Assembly: GCA_965218695.1 (NCBI GenBank)
Contig: CBDCLR010000008.1
Span: 1-39,429 of the forward strand
Reading direction: 5' to 3'
Origin: Nitrosopumilus sp.
Lineage (GTDB): Archaea; Thermoproteota; Nitrososphaeria; Nitrososphaerales; Nitrosopumilaceae
Length of the DNA stretch: 39,429 bases
Part shown: positions 28,136 to 37,926 of the stretch, in pieces
How the letters are laid out: each line of letters starts with the position of its first letter
How positions within the stretch are numbered: the first letter of the stretch is position 1
The notes under the pieces: model-generated
Told to the model about the DNA's origin: nothing
What the model saw: only the letters and a program-made list of their open reading frames with translations
Databases searched by the model: none
Position numbers and translations under genes: made by a program

Positions 28136-29470
28136 TCACGCATCGCGTAAGGATTCCAGACCGGATTTGGCTGATTTGTTTTCCGGTTCCAGTTTTAGTA
28201 CCCTTTTGTAATATTTCTCAGATTTCTTTGGATCTGAAACCCCATAAAGTATCCCAAGTTGGTCTAATGCATGCGTGTTTGTGGGTTCTACCGCAACTAC
28301 CTTCCTGAAACACCTAATTGCCTTTTCACTCATTCCCATCCCGACAAACTTGCCCCCAATGTCTTCTTGCAACAAGATATAACCCGGGCACTGGGTCAGG
28401 GCGTCTTCAAAGCACTGCACCGCCAAGTCCATTTCACCGTTGATCCGAAACGTCTCTCCGATCGCCCTGTAGAGCAATGCATTGTTGATCCAAGCGTTGG
28501 ACAAATCCTCCTTTGAAGCATATGATGTACCTCTGGGACGGCTTCGCGTTCCAAACGTCCCATGAACATTATGTGCCATGCCCATTGCGGTCATGAGCCA
28601 TTCTTTGCCAGAGACAGCATCTCCTTTTGCATAATATGCTTCTCCAAGAGTTTGAAACACAATGCCACGTGGGTCATGCCCTACGAGATCATTAAGAACA
28701 GTTATTGCCTCATCATGGCGTCCTGCTTCGTTTAAGGCATAACCGTAAATGAAAGCAACATGCGGATCATCGTAACCTGCAGCCTTTAACACACGCTTGA
28801 ACAACCGCATCGTGAGTTTCATGTATCTCTTTATGTCAATGACGGCATCGTTCATGGTATGCACGAGTATGTGCCTGGCATCGAACAATCTGTCATAATT
28901 TTTTAGCAATAATTCTGCATTGGAATCATCAAACACGGTTATTTCATGTTTTCTCATCTCATCTAAAATACGACGCGTGCTCTGAAGCGAATGTTCGTTT
29001 GCAATAAACATATGCCAGAGATCCGGCGTCTTTGCATGGCAATATGGTTCCAGCAGACCGGCAAGGCGAGCCTTGTTCAATTTGCAGTAATCCGATTTTG
29101 TCTCATTAGGTTCCTCGGAAGCCAAGAACTGTTGAATCTGTTCTTCAACGCCTTTCGGATATGTGCTGTGCCAACTATATTCTACAGTCCGGATGGTGTC
29201 AGCAAGCAATACCTTGTGGATTTTTATAATGTGATGATCGTACTTGGCTGATCTGGCGCTGATTTTTTTAGCCAAAACCGCATGAAAAAACTGCTCAATT
29301 ATAGTCACCAGCCGTACGACGGCACTACGTAGTGTAAAGAGCGTTTCAGTATTGGATTGTAAATGACCAGATTTCTCGACTATGTCTTCCAACATGCAGA
29401 ATTCCTTAAACACGCCTTCCATGCTGTTGTTTGGATAGTGTTTCTGTTGAATGGAGTGTATTTTTGACAC
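28136..29470 (-). CDS. Putative HEPN RNase domain fused to C-terminal TPR repeats
   Basis: SAVVRLVTIIEQFF helix and FDARHILVH (Rx4H); TPR units such as AIRCFRKVVAVEPTNTHALDQLG and YYKRVLKLEPEN. Confidence 0.75.
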   Translation of the reverse strand: MSKIHSIQQKHYPNNSMEGVFKEFCMLEDIVEKSGHLQSNTETLFTLRSAVVRLVTIIEQFFHAVLAKKISARSAKYDHHIIKIHKVLLADTIRTVEYSWHSTYPKGVEEQIQQFLASEEPNETKSDYCKLNKARLAGLLEPYCHAKTPDLWHMFIANEHSLQSTRRILDEMRKHEITVFDDSNAELLLKNYDRLFDARHILVHTMNDAVIDIKRYMKLTMRLFKRVLKAAGYDDPHVAFIYGYALNEAGRHDEAITVLNDLVGHDPRGIVFQTLGEAYYAKGDAVSGKEWLMTAMGMAHNVHGTFGTRSRPRGTSYASKEDLSNAWINNALLYRAIGETFRINGEMDLAVQCFEDALTQCPGYILLQEDIGGKFVGMGMSEKAIRCFRKVVAVEPTNTHALDQLGILYGVSDPKKSEKYYKRVLKLEPENKSAKSGLESLRDA

Positions 29471-29677
29471 AGTGTCTTAAACATAACCTGTCTTTAAAAA
29501 AATTACTCACATCTTGGTCTTACAGAGATGTGATTCGTATCCATGTGGTAGCTTAATAAGCATTTGAGGGGGGTATTGGCTCGACGGAGAGCAGTCTTCA
29601 CTGGGTATTTGTTCGCCTTCTGGCCCAAGATGAATTTCGGACACGTATACCGTTTGGAATAAGTTCGAGATCGTTTC

Positions 29678-29879
29678 GGCTCTGATAGATTTTGGTGATC
29701 AGATCACCAAAATTTACCACCAAGGTGCAAGGGCGGCCCAACACACTTTTGAACAGCCTTGTGGAAGGCACCACACTTTTGAACACCGTGACGAAATGCG
29801 GCGGGATTGAGTCTGGGGAAGATCCAAAAACACACTTTCGAACAGCGAGCGGCGGAGATCACCAAAATCTACCAGAGCC
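29678..29879. mobile_element. 202-bp MITE, copy C
   Basis: TIR GGCTCTGATAGATTTTGGTGATC...GATCACCAAAATCTACCAGAGCC; same orientation as copy A. Confidence 0.88.
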
Positions 29880-30221
29880 TGATTTTGATCGCCTTGCCGG
29901 CCATCTTCTTTGCCACGTCCCAGGACCTGGCGATAACGTGCCCCACGGCGGCGATGTGCCTGCAGAGGCCGGGGCTCTCCTGGAGCGAGCAGCTGCACCA
30001 CATCCCCAGCGCATCGACGATCACGTGGTGCCACAGGAACGCGAAGGTGCCTGATCTTACCCTCCAGCGCCTGTTGCTCTTCTTCCTTATCCTGCCCGGA
30101 TCCTCCGAGAGGATCCGTCCCTCCTCCATCATGGCTCCGACGGCCCTGCGCTGCTTCGTTGTCTTCGATGCCGTGAATACTTCCAATTGGACATACTTAT
30201 AGATCTTGCGGTCTTTTAAAA

Positions 30222-31863
30222 GTATGCACTCAGGTCCGTGCCTATGGATCCACTGCCCGCTCGCTTGATTGACCATAGGTTTATTGATCACGCGATCCGC
30301 GAATCCCGGTGAGCGAATCGGAGACGGCGCTCCTGCGCAAGGAGCTGGCAAAGGTGGTTGCCGAGAACAGGGATTGGCAGATGAGAGTGGCCCGGCTTGA
30401 GGCCGCATCTGCCAAGAGGGAGGAGATGCTTGAGGCGGAAATCGACCGGCTGAGGCTGGAGATTGCAGGGCGCGACAGGAGACTGGCCAGGTACGAGAAC
30501 CCCAACGCCCCGTCCTCCACAGATTCGCTGTACAATGAGGAGCGCGCCGCCTTCCGGAAGCGGATGGAGAAGGAGGATGCGGACGGGCAGCAGGACGGAC
30601 CTGAACCGGAGGACGGGGACTCCGGGGGCACGTCCCGCAGGGGGCCGCCCAAGGGGCACGCGGGGAAATCCCACGGAAACAGGGCCGAGAGGACCGTAAC
30701 GCTGCTTGTGAGCAGGTGCGGGAAATGCGGGCGCGGGCACCTCAAGCAGCTGCCGTCCGTGACAAGGCTGGTCTGCGACTTTCCAGACGACCGCGTCATG
30801 AGGATAGAGTGCGTCGCGTACGTGATCGGGCGTGCGTTCTGCAATAGGTGCGGCAAGATCAGCGCCGCCTGGGCGCCCGTGATACCGGGCACCTGCTTTG
30901 GCCCGCATGCCCTGGGGTTTGTGGAGGAGTACTACGCCAAGAGGGCCACCGACGAGACCACCCCGTATTTCTTCAAGGCGCTCTACGGCTTTGCCGTCTC
31001 GCCAAATACTGTGTGGAACGCGCGCAAGGCGCTAAAGAACCTGCTCAAGGGCACGTACGGTGAGATCCTCAACCACATCGCCGAGGCCGCGTTCGTGCAG
31101 TTTGACGAGTCAGTCTTCAAGATGAACGGCAGGAAAGGATACGTGTGGCTGGTAACGGTCGAAGACGCCACGTACCTTGTGACGGCCCCGAGCAGGGCGG
31201 CGGCCGTGCTGGACCTGCATTTTGGGAAGCTGCTCGGCATCCCGGTCGTCTCTGACGGATACGCAGTGTATGACATCTTCCCAGTCAGGCAGAGGTGTTG
31301 GGCGCACATACTGCGCGAGGCCGAGAAGCTGGCGATAAGAAACGGGGGAAACGACCTGTCATGCTACCGCAGGCTGCTCTCCCTGTACAAGAGGAACAAG
31401 GGGAGGGAGTCTGCCGGCAGCGCCGAGTGCCTGGACCTGGAGAGGGCCGTGCCGCAGATGGCAGCCTCCTATGGCGAGGGCCACAAGTTCCGCGGGACGC
31501 TTGAGGGCGCCGCCCCGCACCTGTTCACGTTCCTGAGGTACCCGGGCATGCCTCCCCACAACAACGCGGCCGAGCTGGAGATAAGAGACTCCGTCGTGCT
31601 GCACCGGAACGTGCGCCACCAGCTGTCGGAGCCCGAGGGGAGGGCGGTCTTCTCGGTGCTGGTCTCGGTTGCGCGTACCTGCTACAGGCGGGGGATATTT
31701 CCGCGCATGGTGGTGGAGGAGCTGGCCAGGGATCCGGACTGGAGCATATTCAAGCCGCCCGAGCAGGAACGGAAGGAGCCCGCCATGCTGGCCGCCGCGG
31801 CGTGCTGAGACGGGGATCATCACCCGTACCTAAACTGCATGTTTTCCGGACCTGAGTGCATAC
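30222..31863 (+). mobile_element. IS66-family element with intact 8-bp target-site duplication
   Basis: TIR GTATGCACTCAGGTCCG...CGGACCTGAGTGCATAC; TTTTAAAA at 30214-30221 and 31864-31871. Confidence 0.93.
30309..31808 (+). CDS. IS66-family transposase
   Basis: N-terminal coiled coil, NPNAPSS, GPPKGHAG, CGKC/CNRC, QFDES, VSDGY, QRCWAH, HNNAAELEIR. Confidence 0.92.
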   Translation: MSESETALLRKELAKVVAENRDWQMRVARLEAASAKREEMLEAEIDRLRLEIAGRDRRLARYENPNAPSSTDSLYNEERAAFRKRMEKEDADGQQDGPEPEDGDSGGTSRRGPPKGHAGKSHGNRAERTVTLLVSRCGKCGRGHLKQLPSVTRLVCDFPDDRVMRIECVAYVIGRAFCNRCGKISAAWAPVIPGTCFGPHALGFVEEYYAKRATDETTPYFFKALYGFAVSPNTVWNARKALKNLLKGTYGEILNHIAEAAFVQFDESVFKMNGRKGYVWLVTVEDATYLVTAPSRAAAVLDLHFGKLLGIPVVSDGYAVYDIFPVRQRCWAHILREAEKLAIRNGGNDLSCYRRLLSLYKRNKGRESAGSAECLDLERAVPQMAASYGEGHKFRGTLEGAAPHLFTFLRYPGMPPHNNAAELEIRDSVVLHRNVRHQLSEPEGRAVFSVLVSVARTCYRRGIFPRMVVEELARDPDWSIFKPPEQERKEPAMLAAAAC

Positions 31864-31894
31864 TTTTAAAATACCGCATCTGCGAACAGGAGAC

Positions 31895-32071
31895 ATGCCT
31901 TCATGGTCCAAGGACGCCAAGGAGTTTACCGTGTCCATAACGCACAACAGGCAGCGCGGTACAAGCTACAGCTACATACCCAAGCCAATCCTGGCAAAGC
32001 TGGGAAATCCCTCTGGGCTGAAATTCATCATCCGCGGCGAAGATATTGTCGTGTGCAGGCCAGACGAATAG
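31895..32071 (+). CDS. 58-aa AbrB/SpoVT-like accessory protein of IS6 copy 2
   Basis: MPSWSKDAKEFTVSITHNRQRGTSYSYIPKPILAKLGNPSGLKFIIRGEDIVVCRPDE*. Confidence 0.8.
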   Translation: MPSWSKDAKEFTVSITHNRQRGTSYSYIPKPILAKLGNPSGLKFIIRGEDIVVCRPDE

Positions 32072-32135
32072 CACAGCGTGTCCAGTCGAGACCTAATCGG
32101 AATCAGAATCCATCAACCGAGTTTGCAGGAGAACC

Positions 32136-32608
32136 TGGAGTTGGAGTGTATCCTCTCGTAGCGGATCCACTTCCGCTTTCCGGACTTTGCGGCAGATGGA
32201 ACCACCAGCCCGTTCTCCTTCATTATCCTGTATACCCGCATGTAGCTTATATCGTGACTCTTCCGCAGATTCATTGTAATACGCAGCACGCCGACCGGTT
32301 CCCGCTTGTACTCGTTCAGCACCAGCCGCACATCGTCTGGGGACGGCTGCAGTGCCGGCCTTCCTGGGCTCAGGGGAACATGCGGGGAGCCCGTCGTGCA
32401 GAACTCGGCCCACAGCCTCCGGATGTGTCTTGGCGTCACGCCCACCTCTGCTGCTACTTCCGACGGGCTCCTGCCTTTCTTGAGCTGCGCCATTGCATAC
32501 TGTATGGCTTTCGCTGTCAGTCGTTTTGTCATCGTTTTTCTTGATCGGTATAGGGCAAAATAGTCCTTTACGGTACGCTTGATCTTAGCTGGACCTAATT
32601 CTCGTACA
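32136..32608 (-). pseudogene. IS481-like transposase 5' half (ATG 32532), truncated by the IS6 end
   Basis: HTH SPSEVAAEVGVTPRHIRRLW, VYRIMKENGL, KWIRYERIHSNS, stopping before the integrase core; possible TGTA terminus at 32608. Confidence 0.75.
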
Positions 32609-32704
32609 ATAGATCTCCGAAAAAATCGCAGAAGACTTAAAAGCGACTCACCTAGCCCCGCCGACACCGCAATTCTTTTGGATCATAGGATCCGCATCCA
32701 CCCA

Positions 32705-33610
32705 ATGAGACCAGACCATTACACGAGGAGGTCAAAGAACTACAAGAAAGACGGTTACTCAAGAGACTACGAAAGGAAGAGGAAAAACAGCGGCAAACAG
32801 TTCAAGGACGGATTCAAGGCCATTCTAAGGATGGTAAGGAAGTTCCTGAAGAGGAATCCGGAGTACAAGTCCATGCTGTGCACCCTGATGGCTTGGCTGA
32901 TGATGAAGAGATACTCGTGCTCCATCAGGGGAATGGTGGAAGAATGCGACGCCAGGCCCGGCCTTTGCAAGAAGCTGGGCCTGGATCACGTCCCGTCCAA
33001 GTCATGGCTGCACAAGCATATGGGCATGATACCGATAGGTCTGCTTGACTCGCTGCTGACGCTTACCGCGGGCAGCGACGCCTACGGAACGCTATCGGCG
33101 GATTCCACCCAGTACACCTACAACCGGTACGTCCTAGCAGAAGACGCCAAACGCGGAGAATACTACAAAAAGGCCACGATCAAGCATCATGCGCTGATTT
33201 CTCCGAACGGGAAGATCGTCTCCAGCGCCGTAACCGGCGGGAACGCCGGCGATTCGCCGATGCTGGAGCAGCTGTGCATCAAGGCACCGCGAGGTGACGG
33301 ACACCTGCTGGGGGACTCTGCATACTGCTCCAAGGGCAACTATGAACTAGCCATAGATCTGGGAAGGACGCCCTGCATGCCACCAAAGGAGAACTACCTG
33401 GGCCGCGGAAACAGCCCGTGGGCGAAGATGATACAATGGCAGAGGGAGCACCCGGGAAGCTTCTACAAGACCTACAGAAAACGAAACACCATCGAGAGCT
33501 GCTTCTCTGCGATCAAGGACCGGTTCAATTTTCGTGTCCGATCCGTGACGCTGGAGATGCAAAAGCGCGAACTCGCCGTCATGTCCATCTGCCGTAACCT
33601 CTTCCTCTGA
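32705..33610 (+). CDS. DDE_Tnp_1 (IS5/IS4-superfamily) transposase
   Basis: VPSKSWLH, SADSTQ, LGDSAYCS, YRKRNTIESCFSAIK; element ends not identified. Confidence 0.88.
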   Translation: MRPDHYTRRSKNYKKDGYSRDYERKRKNSGKQFKDGFKAILRMVRKFLKRNPEYKSMLCTLMAWLMMKRYSCSIRGMVEECDARPGLCKKLGLDHVPSKSWLHKHMGMIPIGLLDSLLTLTAGSDAYGTLSADSTQYTYNRYVLAEDAKRGEYYKKATIKHHALISPNGKIVSSAVTGGNAGDSPMLEQLCIKAPRGDGHLLGDSAYCSKGNYELAIDLGRTPCMPPKENYLGRGNSPWAKMIQWQREHPGSFYKTYRKRNTIESCFSAIKDRFNFRVRSVTLEMQKRELAVMSICRNLFL

Positions 33611-33948
33611 TCTGACATAAGAACTGTCCCACCATTCAAGGGGATGGGTCAGGGGATCGTGCCAGCGAGTCTCCGGATCCGGGCAGAGTCGTCCATTTGA
33701 AGCCGAAACGGGCAGAAATTCGTGCCGCGTAAGGCAGGATTGCCGCTAAAGGTTGTCCTCGGGAGGAGCCAGACAGCCTGTTTTTTCGAGGATGGCCGAC
33801 CCTATTGGGAGAACGTGGACAACCCCCTCTGTTTCTCAAAGTTTAAGAGCGACATGGTCGCTGATGCATTCAATGACCATTCCCGTGCCAGATCTGCGTG
33901 CCTGCATTGGAAAAAGTTCCGTGAAAAAACACGGGGAAACATTCCTAT

Positions 33949-35478
33949 TTACTGAGGGGAGAATAATTTGAAAAAGATTTGCCCAAACACAGCTCCGAGT
34001 TGTTCGATATACTCAAGTTTTTTTGATGACTTGACCACATAAACAATAAACTCCCAATTCCCTTGGTTTACTTTCACTTGGTCCCAATGATCGGTTTGGG
34101 GGTTTTTCTTATCATGATATTGCTCATAATTTGAAAAAAATAGGATACCGGTCTTTGGGCCATATTCATTCAACTGTACCATGTACCAAGCCATTTTTCG
34201 AACCCCGTCCATTCTGTTTTGTCCACGCCAATTCTTGGCATCCATTATCAATACTACTTTGGGTCTAAAATCACCGCATTCGCAATTTGGGACTTCACTA
34301 TCATCAAAACTGACTGTCACGGTATTTCCGCAACAACATTGCTCATCTGCTTCTATCGTATAATCTGGACTTACTGGATTGCCTATTGGTACCTCATAGC
34401 ATTTCTCATAACGCAATGTAAATATCTGGTTCTTAATTTCAAATTTAAAGCCTTTAGGCCGGTCCTCTTCAATAAGAGGCTTGATTCTGGTTGCATATGT
34501 TTGTTTGATGTAGCTTACCATCTCAAACAATACCCAGAGCTCAAACATTTTATCAAAATCCTTGAGATTTTTAAAAGTAAAATTGGCAAGATCATGATAT
34601 TGATTTATATTAAAATCAATATACCATCTGATCCAAGTAATTAGCTGAAGATATGGAGTTTGCGTGTTTTTGGAGCGCTTGAGATTATTTTCCACTAGTG
34701 CAAGGGTGGTTTTTATTTTTGACGTTGGCCTTGTGACCATTCTTGCAACGTTTGACTCCTTCTTGATTTCAGTCAGTAGAGGTGATCCCAGAATATTTTT
34801 ACTAGCTTTTAAAATCATCCAGATTTTTCTTTTATCTTCACTGGAGACGATGTTGGTTCCTTGTGAAGTATACAAGTTAACTGCATCAGTAAAAATCCAG
34901 GCAATCGCCATATACAAAAGCACGTTTTCAGGAGTAGAAAACGATTTTTTTGGGGTGTTACACACAAAAAAAATTGGTCTGCCAGCAGACGTTCTAGCCG
35001 CATTTAGGATCGTCTTGTTCCAATCGATGTGACCTCGAATAGATGAAGTATAGATATCAATTATATCTGTTTTATAATGAACCAAACGAAGAATTGAAGG
35101 ATAAATATTTGTCAGCAATATGCTAGATAATTTAACTAGCCTGTTTAGGATGGTAGTCTTGTCGGGAACAGTTGCCCCACCTGAATGTGTCTGTACTTCG
35201 AAATACTGCTTTTGGAGAATTGATCTAGAAAGCGCCATTATCCTTTGGTACATATAGTCAACCTCTTGATCTTCCCAATATCGAATTTCACGTACCGTCT
35301 TATTCCAGTACGAGTCACTTTCTCTACGTTTTTTGGAAAGCTCTTCTAGGTGAATATGCCATTCATTTTGGAGATTCGGGTAGTTGCCGACAAGATAACG
35401 TGGGGATTCTTTGGCACGTTTAAATTCTTCATTACTTAACGATTGTATTATTTTTACTAATTTAATTAGGAATTGCAT
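33949..35478 (-). CDS. mcrC: McrC-like PD-(D/E)xK nuclease subunit
   Basis: IRGHIDWNKT, FSTPEN, FELWV, PDYTI...MDAKNW; lies 2 nt downstream of the McrB-like gene. Confidence 0.75.
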   Translation of the reverse strand: MQFLIKLVKIIQSLSNEEFKRAKESPRYLVGNYPNLQNEWHIHLEELSKKRRESDSYWNKTVREIRYWEDQEVDYMYQRIMALSRSILQKQYFEVQTHSGGATVPDKTTILNRLVKLSSILLTNIYPSILRLVHYKTDIIDIYTSSIRGHIDWNKTILNAARTSAGRPIFFVCNTPKKSFSTPENVLLYMAIAWIFTDAVNLYTSQGTNIVSSEDKRKIWMILKASKNILGSPLLTEIKKESNVARMVTRPTSKIKTTLALVENNLKRSKNTQTPYLQLITWIRWYIDFNINQYHDLANFTFKNLKDFDKMFELWVLFEMVSYIKQTYATRIKPLIEEDRPKGFKFEIKNQIFTLRYEKCYEVPIGNPVSPDYTIEADEQCCCGNTVTVSFDDSEVPNCECGDFRPKVVLIMDAKNWRGQNRMDGVRKMAWYMVQLNEYGPKTGILFFSNYEQYHDKKNPQTDHWDQVKVNQGNWEFIVYVVKSSKKLEYIEQLGAVFGQIFFKLFSPQ

Positions 35479-35480
35479 AC

Positions 35481-37673
35481 CTACGTTAAACCAGATTCTA
35501 GTATACTAATCGAGTATGATCTCTTTTCTTTAATGATGCTCTCAATAGATTTACTAAAAAGTTCTAAAGTCGGTTGTTTCAATTCTTCTGTCCATGGATT
35601 CAAGTCTTTCTTAATTGACTTATACTCTGGTTGGCTCTCGTTAAATCTAGATAATTTTCTTTCCCTAAATTCTTGCACCCATTTTTCAGAGAATTTTTTT
35701 GATTGGGCGGTATAATATTCTTCGTATTTTTCCAATTCATTTGCGTAATCTTCCATCCTTTCATAGTGGTCATAATGTTCAAATTTTATAAAAAATGGAG
35801 CTAGACTACCCGAGACAAAGCATTTAATAATATCTAATGCAGGTAACGAGAGATCGTCAATTTGAAGACTTATTGTTTTAGTCAATGCCGAATCAAGACT
35901 ATCGTTCCAGCTTTGACCCATTTTATGATAGACCAGCATATCTCTGAACATGGATATCAGGAAAGCAGTACCAAGTTGTTTTGACATCCTAATGAATGAT
36001 ACAATTTCGTATAGTTTTCTATCCGTTCTTTCATTTGATCTATCAAGCTTTTTTATTTCAATCGATAATTCGTCATTGACTGCTGCTTTCTTCCGCATCA
36101 GGGAAATCTCTTTATCCATAGAGTCTCTTGGCGGTATCTCAATTTCAATAAAGTCGAATCTTCTTTTTAGTGCATCAGAAAGATTGAACAGAAAATGCTT
36201 ATCATGAATGTTTAGAGTTCCGATTATTCGATAGTCATCAGGTATAGCAAATGTTTGAAAGTCGTCGTTGTTGGCAACACCCGATTCCTCTGTCGGCATT
36301 TTTAGTTGTTCTTCATATTCAAGTGCGGTAAACAATTGTCCAAATGCGCGATCGATGTTTGCTCGGTTAAATTCGTCAATTACTAACCACACTCCTTTGT
36401 ATTTGCGCTCAACGCTTGTTTTGTGGTCGAATTTTATGTATGGTTTTCTGATCTTGCTATTCCCCGTTCCATCCTTCCAATTTTTGGAGACGGTCGACGT
36501 CACACAACCCTTTTGAATGCGAAATGTTACCTTGCCATTATCAATTTTTGGAAAAATACCACCAATCACATCTTGCGTGCTCCAGTCTGAAGTTGCCGTA
36601 TGTACTTCTGGATAGTAATTCCAAATCGCTGGAATTTTTTGCGCGAGATCAGTTTTCCCTGTTCCTACCGGGCCAGTCAGCAAAACATTTCTTCCCGAAT
36701 ACAAGCTTGAAATAATTCTCTCAATTATGCTTCTATCAATTAGTAAGTCTTCTTGAATTGATTTTTTTATGTCCTGTAATTCATTATCGAGTGGCAGATG
36801 AAGTGCCGTGGGCTCTAGATTAGTTTCACCAATTATGTTTTGAACATTCCCTTTAATGAGTGTATTCCATATGAACCATGAGTAATCTTCAACACTCCAA
36901 TTTTTCATTATGTGGTGATTCTTTTTTTGGTCAATTAACTTGAATTGCTTTTGAATAATTTTTCCATTTAAATCTTTTCTCGGAACCTTAAAGTAATCTA
37001 GTGCTTTATCGAGATTTTTTTCTGTAATTGGTATAAACGTGTTAGGAAAATATACTGATAGTATTTTCAGTATTATGTTTGAATGAATAGTATGCTTTTC
37101 TCTATTGTCACTGATGCCAGATAGCTTCAAAATATTACTGGATTTTTTAAAGTCTTTTCCCGCTTCTACATTTTCCTGTATTTGTTTTAAAACCCTTTTG
37201 AAAGCTTCATTATGATTTTTGTATTTGATTTCTGGATACCAAAATCGACCATCTTTTTGTTTATAATAGATTCCAAATTTACGTGCGCTTCCACCTTTGG
37301 CCGATCCAAATGCTGGAGTTTTGTGCTCAATCATATAGGAAAAACTAGTGCGATTTGGATTGCCTGCTTTGTCACGCAATCCTTCGACATAGTCATCGAT
37401 GGTCATATCCTGAATTTTGTCTATGGGAAATTTTGCGATAAACTCTGATCTTTGATTATTTTTTTCTTTCTCATTATAATATTTCTGATATTTATCCTTC
37501 CCATCAAAAATAGTTTTATTAGCATCAAATAATTTTATCAACGTCGCAAATTCTTCGGGACTAATTTTTTGATTATTAGATAATGGTTTTCCTAATTCAG
37601 TACTCCCTTGAATTTTTGTATTTTCAGGCAGCTCGTCTAGTGGTTTACCTGAATTGTTGGATCTGTTTGTCAT
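35481..37673 (-). CDS. mcrB: McrB-like AAA+ NTPase
   Basis: GPVGTGKT, VIDEFNRANID, GTLNIHD (McrB NxxD), ALKRRF. Start ATG 37673; the ORF-track extension runs into the IS6. Confidence 0.85.
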   Translation of the reverse strand: MTNRSNNSGKPLDELPENTKIQGSTELGKPLSNNQKISPEEFATLIKLFDANKTIFDGKDKYQKYYNEKEKNNQRSEFIAKFPIDKIQDMTIDDYVEGLRDKAGNPNRTSFSYMIEHKTPAFGSAKGGSARKFGIYYKQKDGRFWYPEIKYKNHNEAFKRVLKQIQENVEAGKDFKKSSNILKLSGISDNREKHTIHSNIILKILSVYFPNTFIPITEKNLDKALDYFKVPRKDLNGKIIQKQFKLIDQKKNHHIMKNWSVEDYSWFIWNTLIKGNVQNIIGETNLEPTALHLPLDNELQDIKKSIQEDLLIDRSIIERIISSLYSGRNVLLTGPVGTGKTDLAQKIPAIWNYYPEVHTATSDWSTQDVIGGIFPKIDNGKVTFRIQKGCVTSTVSKNWKDGTGNSKIRKPYIKFDHKTSVERKYKGVWLVIDEFNRANIDRAFGQLFTALEYEEQLKMPTEESGVANNDDFQTFAIPDDYRIIGTLNIHDKHFLFNLSDALKRRFDFIEIEIPPRDSMDKEISLMRKKAAVNDELSIEIKKLDRSNERTDRKLYEIVSFIRMSKQLGTAFLISMFRDMLVYHKMGQSWNDSLDSALTKTISLQIDDLSLPALDIIKCFVSGSLAPFFIKFEHYDHYERMEDYANELEKYEEYYTAQSKKFSEKWVQEFRERKLSRFNESQPEYKSIKKDLNPWTEELKQPTLELFSKSIESIIKEKRSYSISILESGLT

Positions 37674-37926
37674 GGTTCCATGTCCACTTTTAGAGTTTGT
37701 TAATATATTAGCTTTTCTAAGAGACGGTTCTCTCGCAAATTCGGGCGCCGGCCGTCCTGCTAACAGATCATGTCCGCATACACGTCCACGTCGCCGGCCC
37801 ATAGCAGAGTCTGCCGGACAAGGCCGCAATCTGCAACTGACGGCGGGAACCGAACTGCAGGTTTCAAGGCACCGTTCCGTGTGATCGCGCCTAATGCGAA
37901 CGGGGATCCGGCAGCATGCGTGCATC

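Larger units (their letters stand above)
29880..32135 (-). mobile_element. IS6-family element, copy 2: truncated by the MITE and interrupted by an IS66
   Basis: 29880-30186 is near-identical to the transposase 5' part at ~9620-9932; accessory gene and TIR (ending 32135) match copy 1. Confidence 0.88.

Noticed and set aside
29523-29540. AGAGATGTGATTCG resembling the left TIR of the 17816 element
   Set aside because: Only ~13 bp with no associated transposase sequence; too short to call.
32609-33800. Terminal inverted repeats for the 32705 transposase (CCGAAAAAA / TTTTTTCG)
   Set aside because: Match too short and loose to define element ends.
37674-37925. N-terminal 84 aa of the 814-aa McrB ORF
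   Set aside because: Mostly inside the GC-rich IS6 end (from 37726); the real start is more plausibly ATG 37673.
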